Assembly (NCBI GenBank): GCA_003344405.1
Contig: NOWV01000188.1
Location: 62,001-126,000, forward strand
Origin: Trichoplax sp. H2
Lineage: Eukaryota
Reading direction: 5' to 3'
Length of the DNA stretch: 64,000 nucleotides
In this document: positions 13,028 to 26,268 of the stretch, in pieces
Numbering within the stretch: position 1 is the first letter of the stretch
Layout: the number at the start of each line of letters is the position of its first letter
The notes under the pieces: model-generated
The model's input: the letters and a program-made list of their open reading frames with translations, nothing else
The model's database searches: none
What the model was told of the DNA's origin: nothing
Translations under genes and position numbers: made by a program

Positions 13028-16000
13028 ATGAATCACCTCAGAGACGCAGTATCGCTCCTCCATTATAAAATTTCAGAAAAAACAAAGCCTCAAAAAGGTT
13101 AAGCCGATATTAGTTGTTTAGAATGAGTCATAACAATTTGATTTGAGATGGTCTATCCATATTTCTTTAACTTCTCCGCCAATTATAAACGTAAATACTA
13201 CGCGAAGAATCAATAACAATACAGATTTTATAGATAAAATTATTTTTAAAATGGTAGAGCAAGGGTTTTTTTTCACTTATTTTATAGATTGATTGATCAA
13301 TCGTGGTTGATCAAAGTCTTAATGATATACATTGACGATAATTATACAAACTATAATGAATATACTGTGAATCAATGCCATCCCCTTCCATATTCTATTT
13401 GTTATTGTCTGTCAAGTCTGCGGCTTCCATTATTCTAATGTCTTATGCCAAATAGGATTGTTATTTACTTGCTAATGAGATCATCTTTATAAATGCACTT
13501 TCGCATTAGTAATACATTATTGTTGATTTATCATGCTTAGACAATTACGGAAGTTACAAGGTTAGGAAGCAAATGAATTTTAACTTGACCAAGAAAAAGG
13601 TAAGATATCGCAATATGATGATGGGATGAGAAAGCAACCCATTTGAGAGATATATGGATTACCTAGTATCTTATTTTATCTATTTCTCTACCTAACTAAC
13701 AACTGTAATAGACTTGCCGCCATTTTTGTACATGGAGTAATACAGTCGATTTAAATTTATATATACGTTAATTGACGATTTTCTTAAAATTAGTTTGGCG
13801 TGAAACAGTTGTTATCGAGGACGAGTAGAGTTTAAACACCGCTGTTAATTAGAATTTTCCTGCTTAAGTAGATTATGAAATCATCTTGAATCTGTCAGAT
13901 AGTTCTTTAAGAGAGTCCATTTTGGGCAACTACGGTACATATCGTAATTCATTTTTAACAAATTAATCGTCAGAGTAGGATAGTTTGGTGTATTATAGCT
14001 CAAAGATAGGGCACTGATGATCCATTTTTAATAGAAAACTAGCTATAGTGGTAATGGAAAAACTATATAACCCAATTCTAACATGATTTGAGAGATATTG
14101 AGTCATTTATTCAAGCTGTATCTCATTAATCTTGCCTAGTCATTTAAAAACAGTCACAGATTAAATTCTAGAATTATAATAAGAAGTAAATTAAAAATAA
14201 TTGATGTGCGTTTAAAAGGGATTAGAAGATATTGCACACTTAATTTTATCGTATTAAATAGACTTCGGCAACTAGTCATAATTTACAGTTTAATTAAATG
14301 ACATTGGGCCTTCTAATTCAGCCCATTTGTACTTTTAATCGTAATAAATTGAACAGAAGTTAGTATTAGAATAATAAATTGTAGTTTGAAAGACGGTCAA
14401 ACATTGATTTCAGACTAGAATATTCACGTAACCATACCAAGTCAAGTAGATCAATAATAGCATGAAAATCTGCTAGAGCATTCACATTAGGGATTAGTTA
14501 GCTTGATAAAGTTCTGATCTAAATACCCAGATCACATCCTGTTTTAATTCTGAAATCAACTAATGGCTGATAGTATAGTTATTCTCATTTTACAAAGTGT
14601 AAAATCCAGTCATCAATCCAAAGACACCTGATGATAGCTGGAAATGAAATTTTTCCTTAATTAATGTTGCTTAAGCAGTGAATGTTGTTATTTTTTGCAT
14701 ATCAAGTTCGATAAATCAAAAATAGAATAATGAAGCATCATGAAACAAAATTTAGAAAACAACTAATCATTGCTAATGATACCGATGGAAAGCTAGAGCA
14801 ATAGTCTAGATGTTGGGTTGCATTTTTTTGAATTTATTCTTACCGAATCAAGTAGAAGTCAGTCATAGTCAACGTATCTTATTAAATAAAACAGCAATTA
14901 TAGGATGATAATCTGCAATAAGGCTATTTCTAATGTGCTATTGCCGTTACTTTGAATGTTTTTTGCATTTGATCTATTTCTGCTACCCTACTGAGGCAGA
15001 AATTGATCACGTCTCAATAATTGCTGTTGCCATGTTTCTGGAACGTAAGGCCAAGCTTGGATTTGACATTTCATGCTAAATTATTGTTTTTAATATTCAA
15101 ATTGTCTCCTAGCCATTGTCAAATAGCTTTGGTCTTGCTCATAAAGCTAAATAATTAATCGGATAGTTTTATTATGCTCATTGCATGATTATGTAATTAA
15201 CCTTAGGCACGGACAGAGATCAACTTTATTACCGAAAATTTTCATCGGCGCATTTGCAATCGCTATGTCAAAGATTGTGATGCAGAAAGCGACGGGCACA
15301 GGTAACTTTTTATGTTTTATTCCTCTTAACGATATATATTGACGGTTTTAAATGAAAAATTGAAATATAAGCCAGTTATAAACCTATAGAAATATTGATC
15401 CAGTAATCTTTGAATGTTATAGAGATGATAATTATAGATCGCAGTATATTAGTACCGTGTATCGCCATTATTGATTGTGACCGTAATAATGCTGATCTTA
15501 ATTGAAGCATTAATAGCAAATCTACCATTATTTTCTACGATATGATTGTAAATGAAGTATTGGCAAGCCATGCCAGTGTGGAGGTGATGAAAAATGGCAT
15601 CAAAGACTTAAAATAGCTGAATCTAGCTTCAATGGTAATTGGACTATGGAAAGCTGCACAAATAAAAGTCCAACCGATGCATTTGGCAAAATTCAATTCC
15701 ATCGCTATGGCCTAAAATCTTCAATAGCAAAGGTTATTTCTGCTAATGATGGTTTTGGAAGGCTTGTCATAATCCTCTAATTGTATCTCTAATCTTCAGT
15801 AAATTTAGCGATAGTACAGTAGTTTATCGACACTGCGCTGGTTATACCGTACTTAAAACTAAATTAGTGATTTTGATACCTTAAAGTTAACACTATAACG
15901 ATTTATTATTTACTTAAGCTATAGCCCATTGATATTACCCTATTTAAAATTTAAACACGATAACCAATCTGCTCTTCTGTTATTCAGTTCTCTTCAAAAT

Positions 16001-19000
16001 CAACCTTTCATAACCTTTAAAATTACAGTCGACATTATGAAAACGAAAAAGTTAACGTCTAAATGATTCTGTATTAAATTTACGTTTTACAAAAATCTCA
16101 TAAGGTAGATTACAGTTTAAAACAAGTACAGGAAACTATGTAAAATAACGAACCAATAGATTTAACTTCTTTAGTCAAATGTTAGGTTTCTATATCTACT
16201 AACAAGCGGCTTGATATATAATGTATTGCTCAAAGATCGGATTTTACTCGAGAATGATCAGATATATAGTAATTATAATCTTCTTAAGCGTAAAGATAAT
16301 TGTGTGTTTATGTATAAATTTTAGTACCTGAGAATTACTGTTGATGATTCCAAGGAATATCTACTGCAGCTACTCAATAAATACTGGGATATTAGTGATC
16401 GAAGCTTCATAATCTCTCTTATGGCTGATGGCGATGTGGGAAATACTCAAGATCCGTTCTCTTTCAAGAAATCACTTTATCATAATTTAACTACGATTGC
16501 TAATAGAGTAGCAGTGTGTCTTCTTACTTCTGGCTATCATAATGGAATTATTAAAGAAATAAGCCGAGCACTGAACGAAGATCGAAACGATGGTGATGAA
16601 GGTAAATGGCGGAAGAAGATTAATATGATTGGCATTGCATCATGGGGTGCTGTCTTAAATAAAGAATTGCTCCTAAAAGACAAAGTTAGTCCAAAAATAG
16701 AATTAATTCTATTTTAACTTAACGGAAAAGACTCTTTATATTTCTAGTTACTTATTTCTAAAGTTATTTTTCTTAATTGCATATAAATTAAGAAAAATGC
16801 AGAGCAAATAGGGCTGCTTCAAGATAATTTCTTATTTTACTGACAAAAATATTTATCCGTATTATTAATTCAAACAAATTCTTCATACAGTTAATTTTAA
16901 TGATAAATAGACTCGATTATGCATCAATTTAATATGTAAACTGATATGACAAATAAATATCTATCTTATATATAGAAAAACTGTCGATGTTATGCTGAGT
17001 ACGTTGCAACCAGAGAAGGCACTGGTGGATCCCTCCCATTAGATCCTAATCATACACATTTCATCTTGGCGGATGATGGAACGAATGGCAAACGAAAGGC
17101 AGAAGAAATTTTAAGAAATCAATTAATATTGGAGTGGTTGAAACAAAATAAACGTCGCTTAGGTAAGAGAAAATAAACATGAGTCAATTTCGTGAGGACT
17201 TTTAATCTTTGTATGAACTCAATTATATTCCCTAGATTTGAAAATGCAAAATTAGTTCTTTTCATATCAGTAGTTAATTTAGTAAAAGTAATGATGATTA
17301 TCGTATAACTATTTTCATTCTCAAGCATACTTATTTTAACTACATTAGAATACATATCTTCACATCTGTATTGCACATTACATGATAGCAAGTATTTGTG
17401 AGGTTTTGTAATCAAAGTTGGCTTTACTACAAGAGTATTTTGATTGTCGTGATACTATTTCATAGTTCCTGCTACTTTCGATAATAGTGCTATCAAGATA
17501 GCTGGAATATTTCAATCTGAATGTTTAAATTAACTTTATTAGGCACAAGTCGAATAGTAGGGGTTGTTCTATCAGGGAATTTAGAAACACTTCGTCAAGT
17601 GAAAGATTATGTTACCAATGATGTAACTGTTATAATCATTGAAGGCAGTGGAGGAATTACAACAATTTTGACAGATATCAAAAGTAGAAAAATGTAGGCT
17701 AAGTGCTTATATTTTAATCCTGCTAATTTTAAGCCATGAATGCGTAGAAAGAAATATATATCCTCAATAAAGATTTTAACAGATTCTTAACTAGCTTTCT
17801 TAAAATTGGAAGTAGTGATTTACAGGACAAACATTCTCAGCATGGAATAGCTAAAGCGTTAAGAAAAACCATCTATGATAGCACTGGTAGTCTCGTATCA
17901 TATGAAGACTGTGAAGCTTCTCTAGAGTATTTGAAAGCCATTCAAAAAAATTTAAAAAGGGTATATAAGTAGAAAGTTAAATTTATTTAATTATGCCTTA
18001 AGTTATATTCAACTTGATTATTTCTTGATGAGAGGATAGACTCTTTTACAACTATCTAAATAATGACTTGTTGACTTATTAGCATTACTAGCATAATTTC
18101 ACTTGGAGTCATTGTAGTTCCATTAAGCAAGCTACTTACAAGAATCATAGATTGATAATTATAAAACCATTATCTATTACTTACGTCCGTAGCTCTCAAT
18201 ATTTCCATCTTCAATTGGTAGGTAATTCTATACCAATCTCACCAAGATCCTTTAGGACAAGTGCTGTTTCAAATTTTGATGGGAAGAGGTACGATTTTAA
18301 ACAGTAAGAGTAAATACGAATTCAAGGTGTTTAATTTTATAACAATGAGATTAACAAATTTAGTATTATATGCCCAAATACAGAAACCTCTAGTGTTCTC
18401 AACTAATAAATATGTCCATAATATTTAGTAATGACGTGAACAAAATTCGAATCGATTAAAACTGTATCGTATTTAAGAAGACTAACGTTACATCATGATG
18501 ATAATTTTTTAAAGTAATGCAAATGTGTTGATCTTACTTAATGCAGTAGCTAATAAATTTTTATACTGCAGCTCTTATTAAAGTTTAATAATTTAAGCAG
18601 TGCCTTGAAATATTATTGTAATAATCCTAAAATCGAAGTTAGGCGATGGAAATAGTAATATACTTGTATTAAGTAATATTTCCTAGCCCTGTATGAATTT
18701 TATGCCCTAAAATAGTACATCATAGGCCGTAAATTAAAGTTTGTATTAATACAAAATAAGGTAAGCTACTAATCATTTTAATTAGTAACGCAAGTTAATG
18801 ATAATTTATATAGCTGATTATGATTATGAATAACTATCTGCAGTTTGTTGTTGATGAGGTTACGACTAAATAGTGCATCGAGGTATAGAGAAGATATATA
18901 AATTAAACAAATTCATATTCTAATATGTTTTAATATCGGCCCTAATTTCTCTTGCATGCATATGTCTTATTCCCTCAGAAAATATTTCAAGAGATATCGA

Positions 19001-22000
19001 CAGAGTATTTATTGCTGATGGAAAAATTGACAGATTAGATAGAAATAACAACGTAAAAGAATCATTGGGAACCACATCAGCACAAAGATTTACAGGGCCA
19101 ATAAAAATACCTTTCGATAATGGTGCTTCAAGTTGTACGAAAACGGCCGGGCAAGATAAATTACTTTCAAACGAAGAGAGTATTAGACGTGATCCTGACC
19201 TAATATCAGAGCGAATCAGTAAATCTATGGCAGTAAGTAGATCAATAAATGATTTATCTGAAAGTCCATTAAGACTAACTCTGCCTGGCACTCCATTGAG
19301 ACAAATACCAAGTAATTTAAATGGTAGCGTCTCCATTGAGGTGAAGAATGGCATTGATAAGACCATAGAAGAAAGCAAGGAAGAAAAAAAGAGCTGTAGT
19401 GATGAAAAAATAAATACTGATGTTATAATACCATCTTCAATAGCACAATCCCCTAAATTATCTAGAGGTGCTACTAGAGTGCAGGAACCAGTTAAATTGC
19501 CTATACTTCAATCTGGCAGAGTAAAAGATATCGATGAAAAACATATTTTGGAGAAGATCAATAAAGATAAAGTACAGCTCGACGATCATCTGATATCTAC
19601 ATCAATATCGAAATCGCAGGCTTTGGAAAATGTACGAAACTTAGATAGCTCTATAGCATCTAGCCTGGATAGATCAGGTATATTTTAGGCGCTCTAGTAA
19701 GATTAAATTCTAAGAAATCAAATTGTACATCTTCATTATTAGTATAATACAAGCAGAGTACATCCAACTCCTTTTATAATTATTAGGTGTAATTTTATTT
19801 CATTGCAGATAGTGTAGATGCCAGTAGGAGACCTATCTACAGTGATGACATCAAAGTAAAAAATCTCGATGAGACAGGAAATAAATGGACCATGACTAAT
19901 GAAGCTGTTGATGATGAAAGTGTTCATACAAGATCGATTAATGATTTACGGCAAAGTTCTAGGTCTACTTTGTCAATCTCTCAAACTTCTAGTTACGAAA
20001 ATGTAAATGGTGGCAAATTAGGGCCCCAGTCATACGTAGAAGATGTAAAAGAATTTCTTCTATTAGAAGATATACAGAGTTTAACAACTATATTAGCTGA
20101 TTGTGAACGGAAGGTATGGTTATAATCCTTTTCCAATAAGACCGCTAATTATAGATCTTAGGAAATTACAATTAGTATGATCGACGCTACCCTTCTGAGT
20201 TTTAACGATACTTTCCAATAAATACTACTGAATGCGAGTAATACGGTCTTACAGGAGAAATTGTTCATATTACACTTCCCTGTTTGGTCGTGAGTTGCGC
20301 TAGCAATCATAGAATAAAAACCTTGCCGTATTTTAATATTGTATTTTTCCTTAACGCCTTTAGGAATTATCCAATTGCAAGATAACCAATTCACATATAC
20401 TAACAGAATATTGGAATGAAGTTAGGAGAAAGACTGATGAAAATGCATGTCCAGATTTATCAAAATTCGTAACTCCCAAGACATTGCTCGAACTTTATGA
20501 ATTGGTATGATTAAAGTCTATGATTTATGATGACCTATTTTTATTGAAAATCTTACTAACTGATTTATAAGATGCTATTAAAATTTAATTCGTTATTATG
20601 AGATATAAATTTATGCCTTTCAGAGACATAATGTATAAGGATAGTAGACCACTTCTTCAGATTAATAAGATACTAAAATACGCATTTATCTGATATTTGT
20701 TTTATTTATCTTATATTACCGTAATATTTATGATTTGGTCTTTGCTTGATACGACTAAGGTCTAAATCTAAATTTCGATATGACAGTATGGTTTCATATT
20801 CTACAGCGTGAAAAATATCTTGAAAAAGACTACTTCATCAGTTACAATTAATTTTACTATAACAACTTTATATTACTTAACAAACTGTGATTATGTGTAT
20901 TCTATTTATTAGGCCACAAATTGTATCTTTTACAAGCTATATAATTCTAGGTACCTCATGCCATGTAACGATAATAAGGTATGTAAAAGAGTTTTACAAA
21001 CTTTATAGCAACTGAAAGAATGAATATTGCTATCTCAAACAATAATTATATGCACGTATATTTACATGATAGCTATAGAAATACGTAACTTCTAGCCATA
21101 CATACAGTTACATCAAATATTTAAGTCTTTACGAAATGCAGTTTCATTATTAGCTGCTGATGTTGTTCATGAATTAATAGTCATTAAAAATATATGCTTT
21201 CAAATATTACATCGGTGTACTTTAGATTAGTTGAAAGTCGAACGTACTATGCTTTAGGCTAAAGCAATTGATATCCATATTTTAAGCTAATCAGGTTGAA
21301 AAGTAATCTAGATTGACACATAATCAATCCATATTTCCATTTTAGCAGTCATGCAATACCGATGAACGTTGTTATAAAGCATTATGCAATATTGGTAGCG
21401 TTATATCCAAGCTGATGGGGCATAATTACAATAATCCTTATATTAAATATCGTGCACGTCCATTAGCTAAAGATAGTGGTTCCAGTATTGATAAGATAGA
21501 TGGAAATAATAATGGCAGCCTGCCGATGAACGATCCTTATAATCAGTTATATTTATGGGCTGTATTAACTGGTCGTGACAAGCTAGCTGTTTACTTATGG
21601 GAGCAGTTGGACTATCCTATTGTTGCCGCGTTAATTGCTGCTCACCTTTTGCTGCGAATGATGGAGAAAGTAGAACTAAACGACGACTCATCCGATATCC
21701 GCGGCCAGTATGATGTACAATATCTTCAAAATAGAAGCGGGTTAGAATTTCATTGCTGAACAACGATTATAATTACAATTTATGCATGGCCGTGATCATC
21801 GGATACTGTTGATAAGCGGGACAGTTTTATATTGTCGATGCCATCATCTGTAACAGTTAAATGCCCTATTTATTTTTATCCGTTAGCAGATCTTGCCATT
21901 GGTATAGATGGTGATTCCACTAATTGCAATAGGAATATAAGTTGTTGTTAATATTTGAAAATATTACAATATATCTTTTCTTTTAAGTATTACTGAGATA

Positions 22001-25000
22001 AACATCTATAGTTCAGGTTTGCTACCGCGTTTTTTTTTCACGTATATCAATTTAAGCATGATAAAACATCAGAACTAGTTGCAGTTTTAAACAAAAAAAT
22101 CCTCTCATTAGTATCGCATCCCAGTGTTGGTAATTATGAATTGCTACGGTATATATTCCATGCAAAGATGTGTAAGGTATATCATGGCACGAGAAATTAG
22201 GATAGGATGATATATATAACCTATATATATATATAGACTGCTAAAGAAAGACCTTTTTGAAGTAATCCATTGCTAGTGTTAGTGTTATTCTATGTTGCTA
22301 CCTATGCTTTTCTAATCTTCTACTATCAACTATGTCCTAAAATTTTTTCGTCTGTTGTCCCCGTGAAGATAGAATACTTACTAAAATTGATTTGCGCTAA
22401 CAAAAATCATCGAACATTTATTTATCATTCAGCTGTCTACTTGTAAATGCTATAAATTAGATAAATATAATTTAATAACCCTTATTTTTCACTTTAAAAA
22501 TCTTTTTAGCACGTATATCAAATTAGCTATGGGGGTCATGAATACGTATTACTCCAGAAAGCGTGATAATGCGATACTATCATTCATGCAAGAAATTCCA
22601 AGTTGGGAAAATATATCTTGCTTTTCTATTGTATTTGCGTCATCGGCAATGCAAGATATAATGGTCCAAGATTGCTACCAAGATTGTTTGAATTATTTAT
22701 GGACTGGAGCAGTGGCTGTAGATACACCGATTTGGAGGGTAAATCCCCTGTAAACTTAGCTTTGCATAATATTTATTAACTTCCAGGATTGTTTTACCTC
22801 TTACTAATCATCCTTATTTGGTTTATCTAATTTAACTCTAGGTCTTGGCATGCTTTATTTGCCCACCACTTATCTCCTGCAACGTAGTAAAATTTAAGGA
22901 ATATTCTAATTCCTCTCAAATTAATAATCAAATTATGGGTAACAAAGAAGTGACTTCACAAGTCCAGTTGGAAGAATTAGCTAGCAACAGGTCTAAAGCT
23001 GCACAAAGTCTAGCTAAGAATACCAAGAATAGCATCATTAACTATAACGACATGGGGCCATCAGCCATAAGATCTTCACGATATTGGGATTTTTACTTCG
23101 CTCCAAGACCCATCTTTATACTTAATTTGGTAAAAAAAACCTAGCTATATATGCCATTATATTTAATAAAATACTTTCAAATAATATATCCTAGTCAATA
23201 CGTAATATCATCCTAGTCAAATACTATACGCAACAATGTGCACTTATGCTGTTTTACTTTATTTGTCTAGTTTTGCTACCTGGTTTTCCTGGTTACTTAC
23301 GCTGCTTTTATCATGACTCAATTTCGCTTATATATACAACCAATCGAAGTAGTATTAATTATCTGGGTATCATCTTTACTACTGGAAGAAATAAAACAGG
23401 TTGTTAGCAAGATGTTTTTGTATCGATATGCATATCGTTTTGATAGTTTAATTCAAAATCATTATAATTTACAATGTAACGTTCATTGAAAAAAATTAAC
23501 GTTTCTTATTCTTCATATCCTATGGCTTGATATGCTAGATCATGTGCTCTCCTAAATCAAGCTACACAAGTAAATTAGCCTTTTGGTGGGAAGACTACTG
23601 GAACAGAACTGACGCTCTTGCTATTATTACCTTCTACACTGCATTGATTTTAAGGCTTGTACCAAACTTGGGAGGAGCAGGCAGATTTCTCTATTGCATC
23701 GATTTTATCGTTTTTTGCCTTCGTATACTGCAGTTATTATCATTACGCGTCAATTTGGGGCCTAAAATGGCTATGATCAGGCATATGGTAATAAATTTGT
23801 TCTAGTAATTGTAACCATTCATAATAGTAAATCATATATATATTTAAATAGTCAAAGATTCTTTCGAAATATTTTGATATTCAACAATTTTTGTGTATTA
23901 TTAGGCGATGCGATTTAGGCTTACTTTTGCATAATTGATAAAACTCATTCATTTACCTTATAGAATGTCGATATTATAGTGAAGCGCTAATATTTTAATA
24001 ATTTCTTCAGTTATCAACAAAGCATTACAATATAAATTGTATATTTCACAAAGCTTTATCTCATAAAATACTTAGAAATAGGGTTCAATATTCGTATAAG
24101 GAGCGAATTAAAAATTACAATATCCATAAAGCGGAAAGGAGTTATTTTTCTCTTGGAATATCATTTAGATTTGAGGATTGCTATTTCACTTTTCAATTTT
24201 AAAAAAAATTGAAAGATCATATTAACAAGTGTATACGTGTGTTTCTTGCTTGTGGTTGCCTACTTAATGGATGATAGCAATAGTTTATTTAATACTCGAA
24301 TGTTCCTTTGTAAAATCAATGTAGTAGAGTAAAGATTTTCTATAAATCTAAAAACCACTGATTGAGTTTACTTGTAGTATTGGTTTTAATATTACTACAT
24401 AGTAGAGTTGAGCTGATAGGCTATGACATACTATTAATGCCAGTCTTTCTTTTTCAGATTAAAGATTTAGTATCTTTTTTGATCATCCTATTCGTCTTCT
24501 TGGTAGCTTTTGGTGTCGCCTCACAAGCAATTTTGAATCCTGTTTCTAAATGGGATGATACTGTTTTCAAAAGGATCTTTTACGTCCCTTATTACCGAAT
24601 TTACGGAGAATTATTCCTAGAAGAATGTAAGTTTTCGTAACGCGTACTTGACTATTGTTATCACAACCGCATACTGAACATAAGTGTGTTTGCTATTGTG
24701 TTCATTATTTTCATTTAATGTAATTATGCCAGCTTCGAATTTAAATGTTTCTGTTCTCGCTAGCTATGATTCTATGTTTATATGTTTTTATTCTTAATTT
24801 GTTTATTAACGTATATCTACCATTACGTAACAGCCTAATGGGTAGCAAGCATGAAGCTAATTAAGCAATGCGTATTAATTTAATTTATACATTTTAAATC
24901 TTGCTTTAAAACAAACAGCCTACAATTGCAACAGCTCTGCCACAGCTCAATATTGGGCATATGATTGTGCAGCTGGTGATATCATCGTCAATATTTTGGT

Positions 25001-26268
25001 GGTTATTTATTTATTATTAACTACAATCTTACTACTAAATCTACTAATTGCCATTTTCAAGTAAGTACAGTAATTATAAGCTTATCTGACGAATATATAA
25101 GTCGTGATATCATGGCTATATTACGAATCATCGTTTAGATAGTTGCATTACTTTAAACGATGACATTACTGTAATTTAATACTTACTATAAACGTTAGAA
25201 TTAAATAAAGGTTGTACAAATATTATAACTATTTAAGGCTTACAATCTATGGTTTAGTCAAATTGAATGATATCTTAGCATTGATTCTACTATTTAATAT
25301 ACGAGATATTAACAGATTTTATAACTATATATTGCAAGAACTGTAATCAAGATTGCTGGAATTACTTTAATAATATCTTTTACTTCGATTTTACGATATT
25401 AAATAACTTAAGTAAATTTAGAGATGGTAAAGCGTGATTATTTAGGCAGTATAACCTTAATATCTGCTTTAATTTTATCTTTACTCTAATTTAGTAACAC
25501 TTACACCACCATCGAAGATCGTGCGGATAAAATTTGGAAAATTCAATACAATGATTTATTACGAGAATATCTATTTCGATCACCCAGCGTACCTCCATTG
25601 AATTTATTTACAATAATCAAGCAAATTTTTCCTACAAATATGACAAAAGCCGTTGCCGACTGGAAAAGTTTTCTTAATCAACTCATCAAATTAGAACATT
25701 TAAGTACGCATAGATGCTGTTAAGAGTACATTAGCCAATAAATTGACAGCAAAGTAAAAACTTAGCGCAATGCATAACTGAAAATCTTTTAATTCTTGAT
25801 CTTTAAATGTTAGAAATTCCCAGTAAAAACATGGGGGCCGCAAAAATCGAGGAACTGAGAATTTTAGAAAATAAATATCTGAAAGAATATTTAAGTCACA
25901 GTAACAAAGAGCTATCAGATAGGAATGCCAGGAGCATCGAAAATAAACTTGACAGTTGCCTTGCTCAGTAAGTCTGCTTTATCCGTGCCAAACTTGTTTT
26001 TTCTAAGTTGAAATTTATAATCATATCACTCTGCAGTAATATTTAAGATTTCATACTCCGCATTGATTTACAAATTTAATTATTGTACTTTTCATGTGGT
26101 CAATTAATACAGATTTATCATGATGTCTTAGCAATTGATTTTTTTGATAGGTTAATTAGACTAAATGGTGAAATTTTAAAATTAAAAAGAGAAAATCAGA
26201 GTATTGCAACATTTCTGGGACAGACGAGTTTGGCTAATCAACCTTATTTACGGCCTGCAGATAGCTAA
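13028..26268 (+). CDS. TRPM: TRPM-like cation channel, copy 1 (about 23 exons, roughly 1500 aa)
   Basis: Phase-compatible exons: 13028-13097, 13541-13599, 15207-15301, 15558-15732, 16325-16684, 16976-17162, 17543-17693, 17795-17960, 18222-18288, 18979-19677, 19809-20113, 20364-20504, 20913-20978, 21346-21740, 22510-22738, 22842-23129, 23271-23399, 23539-23787, 24458-24626, 24919-25060, 25495-25703, 25814-25967, 26151-26268. Motifs: CQCG, TDAFGKIQF, IGIASWG, LDPNHTHFILADDG, LYLWAVL, EEIKQ, WNRTD, LGPKMAMI, PYYRIYGELF, LLNLLIAIF, WKIQY. The first exon is the least certain; an alternative ATG lies at 13573. Confidence 0.88.

Noticed and set aside
18920-19378. Minus-strand ORFs within the channel genes (18920-19378, 36188-36418, 37258-37683, 46959-47171 and others)
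   Set aside because: Antisense shadows of plus-strand coding exons.
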